A stretch of 64,000 nucleotides of DNA from the human T2T-CHM13v2.0 reference genome, Homo sapiens: the NCBI RefSeq assembly GCF_009914755.1, contig NC_060929.1; one strand, given 5' to 3'. Position 1 is the first letter of the stretch; every line of letters begins with the position of its first letter. Position numbers and translations under genes: made by a program. Positions 14,751-28,057 of this stretch are shown here, piece by piece. The notes below the pieces were generated by a model. The model made no database searches, had not been told where the DNA came from, and was given only the letters and a program-made list of their open reading frames with translations.

Positions 14751-17700
14751 TTAAAATTTTTAACTTTAATTTTTGTGAGTACATAGTAGGTGTATGTATT
14801 TATGGGGTACATGAGATATTTTGATACAGGCATGCAATGCATAATAATCACATCATATAAAATGGGATATCCATCCTCTCAAGCATTTATCCTTTGAATT
14901 ACAAATGATCCAGTTATACTCTTCTAGTTATTGTCAAATGGACAATTAAATTATTATTCACTATTGTCACTCTGCTGTGCTATTAAAGAGTAGGTCTTAT
15001 TCATTCTAAGTATGTTTTTGTTCCCATTAACCATCTCCATTTCTCCCCCTCCCCACTACGCTTCCTAGCCCCAGATCATTGTACTCTCTATCTCCATGAG
15101 TTCAATTGCTTTAATTTTTAGCTCCCACAAATGAGTCTGAACGTGTAAGTTTATCTTCCTGTGCTTAGTTTATTTTACTTAACATAATGATCTCCAGTTC
15201 CATCCATGTTGTTGCAAATAACAGGAACTCATTCTTTTTGGGGCTGAATAGTAGTACTCTATTGTGTATATGTATCACATTTTCCTTATCCTTTCATCTG
15301 TTGATGGAACTTGGGTTGCTTCCAAATCTTAGCTAGTGTAAACAGTGCTGCAACAGACATAGGAGTGCAGAGATCTCTTCCATGTACTGTTTTCCTTTCT
15401 TTTCAGTATATACCCAGAAGTAGGATTGCTGGATGGTAACTCAATTTTTAGTTTTTTGAGGAAGCTCCAAACTCTTCTTCATAGTGGTTGTAGTAATTTA
15501 CATTGCCACCAACAGTGTGCAAGGATTTCCTGTTCTCCACATTTTCACCAGCATTTGTTATATAATGCTGTCTTTTGGATATAAGCCATTTTAACTGGGG
15601 TGAGATAACATCTCATTGTAGTTTTGATTTGCATTTCTTTGATGATCCATGATGTTGAGCAGCTTTTCATATGCCTGTTTGCCATTTGTATGTCTTCTTT
15701 TGAAAAATGTCTATTCAGATCTTTAGTTTATTTTAAAAATCGGATTATTACATTTTTTTCCTAGATAGTTGTTTGAGCACCTTACATATTCTAGGTATTA
15801 ATCCCTTGTCAAATGGACAATTTGCAAACATTTCCTCCCATTCTGTGGGTTGTCTCTTCGTTTTGTTGATTGTTTCCTTTGCTGTGCAGAAGCTTTTTAA
15901 CTGGATATGATCCCATTTATCAATTTTTGCTTTTGTTGCCTGTGCGAGTGGAACATTAGTAAAAAAATATTTTCCCAGATCAATGTCCTGGAGAGGTTTT
16001 CCCAATGTTTTCTTGTAGCATTTTCATAGTTTGAGGTCTTTGACTTAAGTGTCTTTAATCCTTTTTTTTTTTTTTTTTTTGGGACGGAGTCTCGCTCTGT
16101 CACCCAGGCTGAAGTGCAGTGGTGCAATCTTGGGTCACTGCAACCTCTGCCTCCCGGATTCAAGCCGATTCTCCTGCCTCAGCCTCCCAAGTAGCTGGGA
16201 CTACAGGTGCCTGCCACCACGCCTGGCTAATTTTTTGTATTTTTAGTAGAGACAGGGTTTCACCGTGTTAGCCAGGATGGTCTCGATCTCCTGACATTGT
16301 GATCCGCCTGCCTCGGCCTCCCAAAGTGCTGGGATTACAGGTGTGAGCCACCGCGCCCGGCCGTCTTTAATCCATTTTGATTTGATTTTTTTAAGGTGAG
16401 AGATAGGGGCCTAGTGTCTTTCTTCTGCATATGGATATCCAGTTTTCCCTGCACCATTTATTGAAGAGTTATTCCTCTCCCCATTGTTTGTTCTTGGCAT
16501 TTTTGTCAAAAATGAGTTCACTGTAAATGTTTGGTTTTATTTCTGGGTTCTCCATTCTGTTCCATTGGTCTGTGTGTCTGTTTATATGCAATTACCATGT
16601 TGTTTTGGTTACTATAGCTCTGTATTATTATTTGAAGTCAGGTAACATGATTCTTCCAGTTTTGTTCCTTTTGCTCAGGATGGCTTTGGTTATTCTGGGT
16701 CTTTTGTGGTTCCTAAATTTTAGAATTATTTTTCCTGTTTCTGTGAAGGATGTCATTGGTATTTTGGTGGGGATTGCACGGAGTCTGTAGATTGCTTTGT
16801 GTAGTATGAACATTTTAACAATATTGATTCTTCTAATCCATTAGCATGAAATATCTTTCCATTTTTTGTGTCCTCTTCAATTTCTTGCATCTGGGTTTTA
16901 TAATTTTTATTGTAGAAATCTTTCACTTATTTGCCTTAGTTAATTTCTGGGCATCTTATTTTATTTGCAGCTATTACAAATGTGATTGTTTTCTTGATTT
17001 CTTTTCCTAATTGTTCACTGTTGGCATAGAGAAATGCTACTCATTTTTGTATGTTGATTTTGTATCCTGCAACTTTACTGATATTTAATTAGTTCTAATA
17101 GTTCTTTGGTGGATTCTTTAGGTTTTTCCAAATATAAGATCGAATCATCTGCAAACAAGGATAATTTGACTTCTTCCTTTTTAACGTGGATACCCTTTAT
17201 TTCTTTCTCTTTGTCTGATTGCTCTAGCTGGGATTCCCAGTCGTACGGTGAATAACAGTGGCGGAAGTGGGCATCCTTGTCTTATTCCAGGTCTTACTGG
17301 AAAAGCTTTCGGTTTCTCCCATTCAGCGTGATGCTAGGTGTGGGTCTATTGTATATGGCTTTTTTGTGTTGAGGTATGTTCCTTCTATACCCATTTTTTT
17401 GAGGGTTTTCATCAGGAAAAGATGTTGAATTTTATCAAATGACTGTTCAGCATCGATTGAAATAATCATATGGTTTTTGTCCTTCATTCTGTTGATATTA
17501 ATGATCACTTTGGTTGATTTGTGTATGTTGAACCATCCTTGCATCCCAGGGATAAATCCCACTTGGTCATGATGAATGACCTTTTTAACGTGTTGTTGAA
17601 TTTGGTTTGCTAGTTTGCTGTTGAGGATCTTTGCATCAAAGTTCTTCAGGGACATTGGGCTGTAATTGTCTTTTTTTCTTATGTGTCTTTGGTTTTGGTA

Positions 17701-18250
17701 TCAAGGTAATACTCAGCTCATAGAATGAGTTTGGAAGTATTTTCTCCTCCTCTAATTTTTGAGATGGTTTGAGTAGAATTGGTATTAGTTCTTCTTTAAA
17801 TGTTTGGTAGAATTCAGAAGTGAAACCATTGGGTCCCAACTTTTCTTTGTGGGGAGACCTTTTATTATGGCTTCAATCTTGTTGCTTGTTATTGGTCTTT
17901 CAGGTTTTGGATTTCTTCATGGTTCACTCTTGGTAGGTTGTATGTGTCTAGGAATTTATTTTTCTATTCCCAATTTTTGGCATGCAGTTGCTCATAGTAG
18001 TCTCTAAATGATCCATTGAATTTCTGTGGTATCACTTGTAACGTCTTCTTTTTCATCCCTGATTTTATTTATTTGGGTTTTCTCTCTTTTTTTTTCAGTC
18101 TGGCTAAAGGTTTGTCAATTTTGTTTATCTTTCCAAAGAACCATTTTTTCTTTTCATTGATCTTTTGTATCATTATTGTGTTTCAATTTTATTTCTCCCC
18201 TGATTTTTATAATTTTTTTCTACTAATTTTGGTTTTGGTTTGCTCTTGAT
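14751..18250 (-). mobile_element. L1MA2/3-like 3' 3.2 kb (ORF2 + 3' UTR), contains an Alu
   Basis: ORF fragments [33 protein letters not shown]; 3' end gagtacatagtaggtgtat. Confidence 0.9.
16062..16362 (-). mobile_element. Alu (AluSc8/Y-like)
   Basis: Full dimer; TSD gtctttaatcc 16051-16061 / 16363-16373. Confidence 0.95.
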
Positions 18251-18628
18251 CTGATTTTTTCCTATGTTCACTAAAGGGAAAATAGCAATTTATTGACTGA
18301 GCCCATAAAACTAAGGATATAAGATTCACTTATATTGCATCGATGAAGTCATTATCTATCATTTGAATGAATCCAGATTAAGTAATGAGGATCTTGATAT
18401 CTCTCAACCTCTGTCTCTTGCCTCTTCACATACGAGGGCATTTACATTCCGAAAGTTTAAAGTCTCTGGGAGAAAAACCAAAACATTCTCTTCAGAATAA
18501 TCTGAAGGTACTCATAAATTCTTTTAAAGTGGGCTCTGGGAAGTCCTAGCCAGAACAATTAGGCAAGAGAAAGAAATAAATAGAAACCAAATAGGAAAAT
18601 AAGAAGTTTAACTATCTCTCTTTGTTAA

Positions 18629-19215
18629 TGTGGGAAAGAGAGTTTCTGGAGCGCCAGATGAGTTGGTCTCCCCTGTGTGAGACACCCATGGGGAGCCATG
18701 GGCGGCCTCTGAGGAGAAAAGTCTCCTTATTGCCTTCATGTCTTTATGCCCCTAGAGCATAACCACTCCGCGGCATTCCACAGGTTGCTCGGGGAAATAA
18801 CACTCCCTTGAAGCAGTGGAGTATAATCAAACATCTTGGCTCCTCCTGAAAACTGCTCCCACTCATTTCAGTCCTGAAAAGTTAAAGATCTTAAGTAGTT
18901 TAGACACACGCCGTTGCTCACAGGAAATTCACAGAAACCGCCACTGCTATACATCTTATTGAATGACTTACTAGCTCTCCTTCACTGATTAATCCTTTTC
19001 TCATCCCTTCCTACGCCTCCCATTTGCCCTAAGAACAAAGAGCTTGTAAACCAATAAATTAGGTGGAGCCGAAGAGCTCTGGGCCCTGAGCAAGCCTCCG
19101 AAGCTCCGGTCCCCTAGACCCGTCTTTTAAACTCTTATTCTGTCTCTTTCTAACTCCTTTGTCTCTGCTGGACTCGGGGTACCCACCAGGTGGTGTGGGG
19201 CTGGTTTCTTTAACA
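18629..19215 (+). mobile_element. Solo LTR, LTR14 family (HERV-K14-related; possibly LTR14C)
   Basis: 587 bp tg...ca, AATAAA near 19053, flanks gttaa/gttga; 5' end recalled as LTR14-type. Confidence 0.75.
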
Positions 19216-19419
19216 GTTGATGATATTATTCTATACCTAGAAAATCCTAAGGACTCTGTCAAAAGGCTCCTGGAACTGACAAATGAGTTCAGGAAAGTTT
19301 TGGGATACAAAATCAACGTACAAAAGTCAGTTGCAGTTCTATACACCAGTAATATTCAAGCTGAGAATCAAATGAAGAACACAATCCCATTTACAATAGC
19401 CACACACAAATAATACCTG

Positions 19420-19470
19420 TTAGGTTGGTGCAAAAGTAATTGCGGTTTTTGCCATTACTTTAAAAACTAA
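19420..19470. mobile_element. MADE1 (Hsmar1 MITE), right arm mostly deleted
   Basis: ttaggttggtgcaaaagtaattgcggtttttgccatt, at a TA within L1 cctaggaat. Confidence 0.9.
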
Positions 19471-22194
19471 TAGGAATGTATCTAACAAAGGAGGTGAAAG
19501 ATTACTGCAATGAGAACTACAGAATACTGCAAAAATATCATAAATGACACAAACAAATGGAAAAACATTTTATGATCACAGATTGGAAGAATCAATATCA
19601 TTAAAGTGGCCATAGTGCCCAAAGCTATCTATAGATTCAATGCTATTCCGATTCAACTACCAATGACATTTTTCACAGAAGTAGAAAAAAGCTATTCTGA
19701 AACTCATATGGAACCATAAAAGAGCCTAAATAACCAAAGCAATCCTAAGCAAAAAGAACAAAGCTGGAGGGATCACATTACCTAACTTCAAACTATATTA
19801 TAAGGCTACAGTAACCAAAACAATGTGGTACTAGTACAAAAACACATAGACTACTGGAACAGAAGAGAGAATGCAGAAATAAAACCACACACCTACAGCC
19901 ATCTTTTCTTTGACAAAGCTGACAGAAATAAGCAATGGGGAAAGGACTCCCTATTCAATAAATGGTGCTGGGATAGCTGGCTAGCCATATGCAGAAGACT
20001 GAAACCGACCCCCTACCTTTCACTATACGCAAAAATTAACTCAAGGTGGATTAAAGATTTAAATGTAAGACTTCAAACTATAAGAATCTTAGAAGAAAAC
20101 TTAGGAAACACTATTCTGGACATTGGCCTTTGCAAAGAGCAGACAACCTACAGAATGGGAGAAAATATTCACAAACTATGCATCTGACAAAGATATAATG
20201 TCCAGAATCTGTAAGGAACATAAACAAATTAACAAGCAAAAACAAATAACCCCATTAAAAAGTGGGCAAGAAACATGAACATGAACAGGGACTTCTCAAA
20301 AGAAGACATAAAAGTGGCTAACAAACATGAAAAAATGATCAACATCATCAGAGACATTCAAATATAAACACTATAATATACTATATCCCACCAATCAGTA
20401 TAGCTATTATTAAAAAGTCAAAAAACAACAGATGCTGGTGAGGCTATGGAGAAAAGGAAATGCTGATACACTGTTGATGGGAATGTAAATTAGTTCAGCC
20501 ACTGTGAAAAGCAGTTTGGAGATTTTTCAAAGAACTTAAAACAGAACTACCATTCAACTCAGCAATCCCATTACTGGGTATATATCCAAAGGAAAATAAA
20601 TAATTCTACCAAAAAGACACATGCACTCATATGTTCAGCACAGCACTATCCACAATAGCAAATACATGGAATCAACCTAGGTGCCCATGAGTGGTGGACT
20701 GGATAAAAAAAACATGGTACATACACACCATGGACACAGCCATGAAAAGAATGAAATTATGTCCTTTGCAGCAACATGGATGCAGCTGGATGCCATTATC
20801 CTAAGTGAATTAATGCAGGAACAGAAAACCAAATACTGCATGTTCTCACTTATAAGTGGGAGCTAAACATTGGGTACTCAGGGACATAAAGTTGGGAACA
20901 ATAGACACTGAGGACTACTAGAAGGGGAAGAGAGAGAGGAGGGCAAGTTTAGAACAACTACCTGTTGGGTACTATGCTCACTACCTGGGTGATGAGTTCA
21001 ATCACACCCCAGACTTCAGCATCATGCAATATACCTATGTAACAAACCTGTACATGTATCTTCTGAACCTAAAATGAAAGTTGAAGTTAATTTTAAAAAG
21101 AGAGTGGGATTGAATAATTTTTATTTACTTCCATCTCTCATAGAACTTGTGTACATTTTGCCTGTTACATCATAAATAAGTTCCCATTATTTGAAGCAAC
21201 ATGATCATTTCCCAGTTCGTGATATCTGAAAAAACCTACTTACATCTAAAATTAGCATCAAGAATAAATTACTAATTTGAGACTCCTTCCTCTGACAAGG
21301 AACTTAGTGCACTTTATATAATTCTGCTCTCCTTTCTCTGCCCCAGCCATTCCCTTAACCACCATTGTTAATTTAACATGAGGCTACAGGCCTGTCTTGC
21401 TGGTGGGAAGAACTGAACTAGTCATCAGTTGTATTGGGGAGGCAGCTTGGGTTTAGACAGAAACTATGTGGACCTAATGCCATTTGCCTAGAACCTACAT
21501 GGAAGCCCAGGTAACTTTAGAAAAAACATAATGATTTAGTGTGGGGAATTTTGGAATCAGAAAAAATACATCTAATTTACAGATCAGGAAAGAGCTGAAT
21601 GTCCTTTAGCCTATTAAGGCAGGGAGATTATTTGGCAAATAGTAAAATAAAATGAGCCTTCCACAAACCAGGGCATTTTTCATGCAGTCTGAACCAGCTG
21701 GACTTCACGAGGAAAAAAATCTCTTGCTGTGGCAAATTCTTGCCTTTGGGTATTTTCAGGCCTAGCTACTTACCGCTGGAGAAGATGGAACTGTGGCTGA
21801 GGCATCCTGTACTCATCCTTTCTCTGCCCTTTCTTGGAGGACTAATCTTCCCAAGACAAAAGACATCTTTATCCATCCCTCTGCTTCTTCTTGTGTTGCA
21901 CAGTGATATCCAAATCTCAGTAGATACAGAAAGAGAAGACGTGATAATCGGAGTAGGGTGTGACACCAAACTGGTTCATTTTGATCAGAACAATTTCCAT
22001 GCTGTGCGATGGTGGTACAGTGCAGTGGTTGGCTTCGGGAATCACGGAACGGGGAGCATATCTAACAGTATTGGTGTGAACTCAGGCATCATCTGTTACC
22101 TGGTGTGGATTCCAAAATATTTACTATTTCAGTCCTTGGTCAGGGAGGACCAACACCTTTCTCAAATGTTTACAGCCAGAAAGAGTGTTGCCAG

Positions 22195-22600
22195 GGGAAA
22201 CTGGTAAATGTTTAATGACAAGGTCTTTGAACAAAGAAAAAGCCTTGATGTATAGCATTTGCCAACTTCTCCCAGTATGGCTGATTTCATGCTACCAAGG
22301 TGATGTCCCTGAACTTGGGCTTGGGAAAAGATACGCTGTACCCTGCTGAGGTGATGGGTGCAGCAAAATCTCAGAAATTACCACCAAAGAACTTATCCAT
22401 GTAACAAAAAACCACCTGTTCCCCAAAAACTGTTGAAATAGAAAAACTAAAGAAGATCCATTGTACCAAATATCATATAGCATTTCTACCATACAAAGAC
22501 AACAAATACAATCTAAAGACCACAGAGATAATAGTAAATTGTCGTAAAATTGGAAAGTGGTGAGTTTTGAGAATTTATTACCTTTGCTTTTAATATTGGA
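22195..22600. mobile_element. MER63-like hAT DNA transposon, interrupted
   Basis: ctggtaaatgtttaa...tagcatttgcc...gctgatttcatgctaccaa; gagttttgagaatttattacctttg. Confidence 0.65.
22338..22450 (+). mobile_element. L1 (L1PB/L1MA) 3' tip
   Basis: ggtgatgggtgcagcaaaatctcagaaattaccaccaaagaacttatccatgtaac. Confidence 0.8.
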
Positions 22601-23417
22601 AATGTAGAGGTAAATATCTTGTTACTTGCAAATAATCTGATTATCCATGTGGAACAATTAGGTTTCTTTGGCAGTTTTTCCTGCCTTGTGGCTTTTCCAC
22701 ATGGCCTTTTTACATTCAGCTGCTCTCGTTCAGAAGGGTTTGTATGCAGTGGCTTGGCTTCAGATTTTGTTGTTTTACTCAACTATTTGGTTCTGACTTG
22801 CTTTGTGACATTAATTGCCTGAGATATTTTTAAAGACCGATGTTCCGATAGTGAAACATTTACCAAACAAGATTTTGTGTCCAAATATCATTTTGAGAAG
22901 ATTAAATGTCACTCTTTCCTGCTGTTTTCCATAGCCCCAACCTATATTTTTCTGTTGATTTATTCTGCTGAATAAGTTTGTTTACTAAGGTATCTTTAAG
23001 GTATATCAAGCTTTCAATTTTCAATAAATGACAAATATAAATGTGAGGCATATTCGACTTTCTGCTTATTACATAAAGGAAGCAGGTTATAACTAGCCCT
23101 GTAACTTTGAATCTCTCCATTATTTTATTTTATGCAAAATAATTTTAGTGTAATATTCTATACATCATGGTTATAGTTTCTTGTTTTATAAAAGACATGA
23201 GAAACAACATAAAGGTTTCATTAAATAATTCATGGTTATGATTTATTGGATAAAGAGACACAGTAAAGGGCAAAAAGTTCTTTTTTTATAGAAAAACTGA
23301 GCCTGATTTTCTCTTATCTTTTCATCTATATTTCCTGCCTTGTTCAGAAATAATATAAAACTAATATTTTAAAATAAGTTCTATGCTTTTCCAAACCACT
23401 GCTTGTCCAGTGCCACT

Positions 23418-23461
23418 CCATCCATCCATCCATCCATCCATCCATCCATCCATCCATCCAT
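23418..23461. repeat. (CCAT)n tetranucleotide repeat
   Basis: About 11 tandem units. Confidence 0.95.
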
Positions 23462-23809
23462 TCATTTAATTAATAGTACCTAATAGGTACCAGGCCCCTA
23501 TCTCCTGCAGTGAAAAGCTGACATAGCCAAGGGGCAGACACAAAGCTTGATAGAATCACAGATCCCCAGAGACAGAATTTTTCTGCCGAGGTAGACTTGT
23601 TACATCTGTTATACTCCTTTTTCCTGACTGGGCAACCTGGGTCCCTGAAACAAGGACAAGGACATCTGGGTAGATGTCCCTGCAGAATCTGGCTCTGTGG
23701 TGTACCATGAAGCCTGAAAGCTGCAGGGGCTACATCCATGACCCTACTGAGAGCTGGTACTTCTCCATGCATGGAGATACTGTGGGGGTCCCTCCCAGCA
23801 TGGGAGCAA

Positions 23810-25130
23810 GTATTCAGAGGTATGCCAGAATAATTCCTTCAAAGTAAAAGTAACCTTGCTGCATTCTGCATCACTACTACAAAGAAGTAGACAGATTGGC
23901 TGATAGCCTTTTGGGTTCTGAGGCAACAGATTTAACACCAAGAAAAAATTCTCCAGCACATGTGATGAGTGACATGGAAAGCTACCAGCTTTGAGTGGGA
24001 GTAGAGCAGAAAGGGCTCTGCAGCATGTCCAGACTGCTATGCAAGCAACCCTACCACTGAAGTGTTGGAGGTGTTGGTGGTGGGAAAAGATTCATTGTAA
24101 AGTTCACAGAAAGCTCCAGAGGGAGAATCACAGCACTGGCCCCTGGGGTTCTGGAGCAAGGCTGTGCCATCTGCAGCACAGACTTAACACACTTTCTGGG
24201 AAACAGCTCCTGGCATGTTACTGGGCTCTTGTAGAAAAGGAACAATTGAGCATGGGACACTGAGTGACCACATACCTGGAATTGCCTGTTATAAGCTGGG
24301 TCTATGAGAGCAACTGAGGAATAAAGTCAGAAAGGCTGGCAGCATTCAAAAGATGGAACAGTCCATCTGGCATTATGTCTGAGTAGGGCCAGAGGCTATA
24401 AGAAAGTTAATGAGCAGATCAGTCCAGATCCCCATGTGGTCCTTCTTGGGTGCATCAGTGCCACTCATGTCAATGGTCATATAAAGGGTCCCATGTGACC
24501 AGCAGGAGAAGGAAAAAACTCATGCTTGGTTTATAGATGGGCTACTTTGGTATGTGGGAATAGGGTGGAAAAGGACATCAGTTGCATTAGAGCCACATCC
24601 AGAAGTGGCCTTGAAAGATGATGTAGAAGAAGAATCTTCCCCATGGAAGAGCTGTGAACAGTACATCTGGTTATCTACTTTGCGTGGAAGGAGAAGTGAC
24701 CTGATGTGAGAATACATTCAGATTTCTAGGCAGTGGCCAATAGCCTTGCCAACTGTTCAGGAGCCTAGGAAGAAAAGGATTGGAAGATCAGAGACAAGGA
24801 TGTCTGGGGAGAAGCATGTGGACCAACAAATGGGAGTCAGTCAAAGTATGAAGATTTCCGTAGGACGTTAATGCCACGTAGAACGTTAATGCCCCGTAGA
24901 AAGCATCTTCTATGGAAGAGGCCCTGGTTAACCAAGTAGACAAATAACTTGGGTTAGCCAACCTTTGTCACCAGCCACTCTGGAACTGGCACAATGGGCA
25001 CATGAATGGAGTGGCCTTGGAGACAGAGATGGAGCCTGCACATGTGCCCTGCCGGTTGGACTCCCACTGACAAAACCTGTTGTAACTCCTGCCATTGGGA
25101 GGAGTTTCCTGCATCTAGAAACTATCAAAA
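23810..25130 (+). mobile_element. Decayed ERV-L class pol internal fragment (RT end, RNase H, integrase N-terminus)
   Basis: Fragments ERALQHVQTAMQATLPL, KQLLACYWALVE..MGH, AWFIDG, PATLELAQWAHEWSG..RDG..GLPLTK match HERV-L-type Pol; many frameshifts. Confidence 0.88.
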
Positions 25131-25454
25131 ATGCATCCCCTGCAGTAAGTTCTCTCCTGGAGGGAGTTCTGAGCCACTTACTTCCCTGGCTGCCACTTAT
25201 GGGGGATTCAGTGAAGGTGAGAATGGAAAGAAAGACAAAGAAGATCAGTCTTTTACCTATTTTTCGTAACACGTTTACTTCAACTGCCATGTCCACATGC
25301 ATCAGTTCATCTCCAATGCATTTTTTTTTCATTTTAAAAGACTCAATTTGATCTTTTCTTATGCTAAACAGGTAGTCAGTATTATGTAGTTTTATTATTC
25401 TTAAAAATTAACTGTTATGCAATCTGATACTGATGTTAGTTGTAAGGGATTCCT

Positions 25455-25660
25455 ATGCATTGGGTACTTACAGTGTTCTGGGCACTGCACCGATGTGGCA
25501 GAGCTATTACTTTTAATAAATATTCACAATAAACCTATGGCTGGAGCACAACTATCCCCTATTTTATCAACGAGGAAACTGAAGCTCAAAGAAGATAGTG
25601 AATATTTCCAGAATCACAGAGTTATAAGTGATAGAACTGAAATTTGGGTCTACCCTGCCA
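25455..25660 (-). mobile_element. MIR SINE
   Basis: cccctattttatcaacgaggaaactgaagctc core. Confidence 0.8.
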
Positions 25661-25819
25661 ACTTTCTAGCATTATCATTGGCCAAGGCTGAAGCTTATTT
25701 TCCTAGTGAAGACAAAACACCTAAGAATCCAGTATGAAATGAAGCCTCAAATTCGTATCTCCAGAATCCAAACCAGGTAACCTGATGGCAGGTGAATAAC
25801 TTTGAGAGAGAAAAGATTT

Positions 25820-26740
25820 TTCTTGAAGAGGTTATGGTACAAATCCAGAGCCTAGAATTTATGCCATAAGCAGTAAGGCTCCAAGATAGAAAAGTTAGGT
25901 TAGTTTCTAGGCAGAGGAGGGGCTTAGAGTGAACTTGGAGAGGAAAATAAGACAGTGAGTCATTAGTGAGGGTCCCTGAGAAAGGGGCTTTCTACCTATC
26001 CCCTCTTAGGGTGTAGTGGAGGAAATGACAGGGCTTCCTCGGTGGATTTAAGTATCTGGCAGCTGAGAAAATGTGTTTTCATCTTTCTTGCTGGAATGCT
26101 GAGAGAAGAAAGTCTTGCTGATTTCTCTGTGTCAATGCAGGGCAGCCACAGTGGGAAAAACATGGTAGCAAGGTAGATATAGGCCGAGAGAGAACCTAAG
26201 ATAGCTTCTCCACACCCCCAGGCTTCTGTGCCTTGAGGAAGTCTCCAAGGTTCTTAAGTCTCCTTGAGAGGAGACTAAGGATTGGGTAAGAGTAGGAAAG
26301 CTGCCTGATGTTTGGCCAATCATGGATAGTTTGGCAGAGGAAGACTTAGAACACACGGACCTATCAACCAGAGGGCATGGTGGGATGTGTGTTCTTCAGT
26401 AGCAGATGCAACAGGGGTCAGAGCCAATACCCAACACAAGACGGATCAAGCTTCCTTGGAAAGGGCTGGCTGGGACAGAGGACAGTAGGCGGACCACGGC
26501 TCCTTCTCCAAAGCCAGGACAATATGCTGGGAGAACTTAGACCACCCTGAGAGCGAAGGAGAGAAGGAAAGGAGAAGGGGAAGAATCTTGAAAAATGCTA
26601 AAAATTCCTGGACTGGACTGAGGAAAGCTATAGAATTGTTTTGATTAAATGGTCTGCCATTAGGTCAGAGATACAAATGCATAATAGAAATAAAGTTACA
26701 TTTTTTATATGGAGTTTTGTGATTGTAAAGCATACATCTG
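25820..26740 (+). mobile_element. Possible ancient LTR (MamGypLTR-like)
   Basis: Purine-rich body, tctgccattagg...aataaagttacatttt end; resemblance from memory only. Confidence 0.3.
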
Positions 26741-26956
26741 TTATATTTGATTCCTGGATGTTTCTTACATAAGAAGAATTTCCATAGAACATAGATCTTT
26801 GGAATGTTCCTTCCTGTTGATGGTGAAGATTTCCTGTCTTTCCCTTCATTGTCTCTTCTCACTCTTAACAACTTCTCATCTTGGGAGATCTTTCCCTTCC
26901 AGGGTCCTGTTTTTACCTCTCTCAGCAAAAGCTGTGTGCTGAGGGTGAGATCTGCG

Positions 26957-27600
26957 ATTCATTTATTCAGAAAATTTTAGCTGAGTGCATACTATGTGCC
27001 AGGCACATGCTAAGTACTGATGATGAAGGCATAAACTACACAGTCCCTACTCTCAAGGGGGTGCATAGTCTGTTGGGAGAGATAAAGATGAGGAAACAGA
27101 TAGGTACAATGAAAAGGGATGAGAGTTATGACAGAAATAAGCACAGGATATGTGAGGAACATTTATGAAGGGCCAGGACATCAAGGAAAGCTCAGAAGTG
27201 ACATTTGAACTGAATTTTGAAGAATAACTGGACCACTCTTAAGGGACTAAGAGAGGAAATATAAACATTTGCAAAGGCGTAGAAATTCAAGAGAAACAAA
27301 GAAGGACTAAGTATTTTGGTATATTTGAAACTTAAGGTATAGGAAGGAAAGTGAAAAGATTGGAGAAAGATTGAGGCCAAATGATAACACCCATGTATAC
27401 AAAACTCTTTCTGGAATGGCTTTTTCCCACTGACCATTTATGAAGGGTATTTAACAAACAAAACCAAACAAAACTTTGGGAGAGTAATGCAAACAGATTT
27501 GTTCTCTTAAATGAGCACTCGGGCTACTATGTGTGGATGGGTTGGAGGAGAGTGAGACTAGAAGGAAAGGGTCGCTCTCGTAAACAATACTGGGACCAGA
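26957..27600 (-). mobile_element. L2 3' portion
   Basis: attcatttattca...ctgagtgcatactatgtgccaggcac...gtccctactctcaagg. Confidence 0.75.
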
Positions 27601-28057
27601 CCAAACAAACAAAAACAAAAACAAAAAAACTTGGCTGCTTGCTTTAGGAAGTACCTGCTCCTGGAAGACAGCAAGTGCTTCCAATAGTAAACTAACTAAG
27701 AAAACCCAAAAACAAAATAAAACCTTCACTTTACTGTATCCACCAATCCAAAGCTATTAGGTCATAAGCTGAGGGTGGTGACATATAATGCTGAGGATTG
27801 AGAAGGGAATTGGAGTTGGGGGCAGAGTCCCAGGGCTGGGTGTCAGTGGAGTTAAAGGGAAGTCAGACTCAGAGCCAAACCCCATCCTGCCACTCCAGAG
27901 TCCCCTGCCCACAATTCTTCCTACCCAACATGTCTCTGTAAATATGTCCTCTGACCAGCACTCTACCAAGAAGCTTTCCCTGGTTCCCTGACATGAATTG
28001 CAGGGCGTAGGCTTTGCTTGAGAGATTAACATCATAAGCATGAGTTTTTCCTTCTTT

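Larger units (their letters stand above)
18535..21100 (+). mobile_element. L1PA15/16-like, 5'-truncated, interrupted by LTR and MADE1
   Basis: ORF2 fragments [23 protein letters not shown]; 3' UTR ggagctaaacattgggtactca...aaaatgaaagttgaa. Confidence 0.9.
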
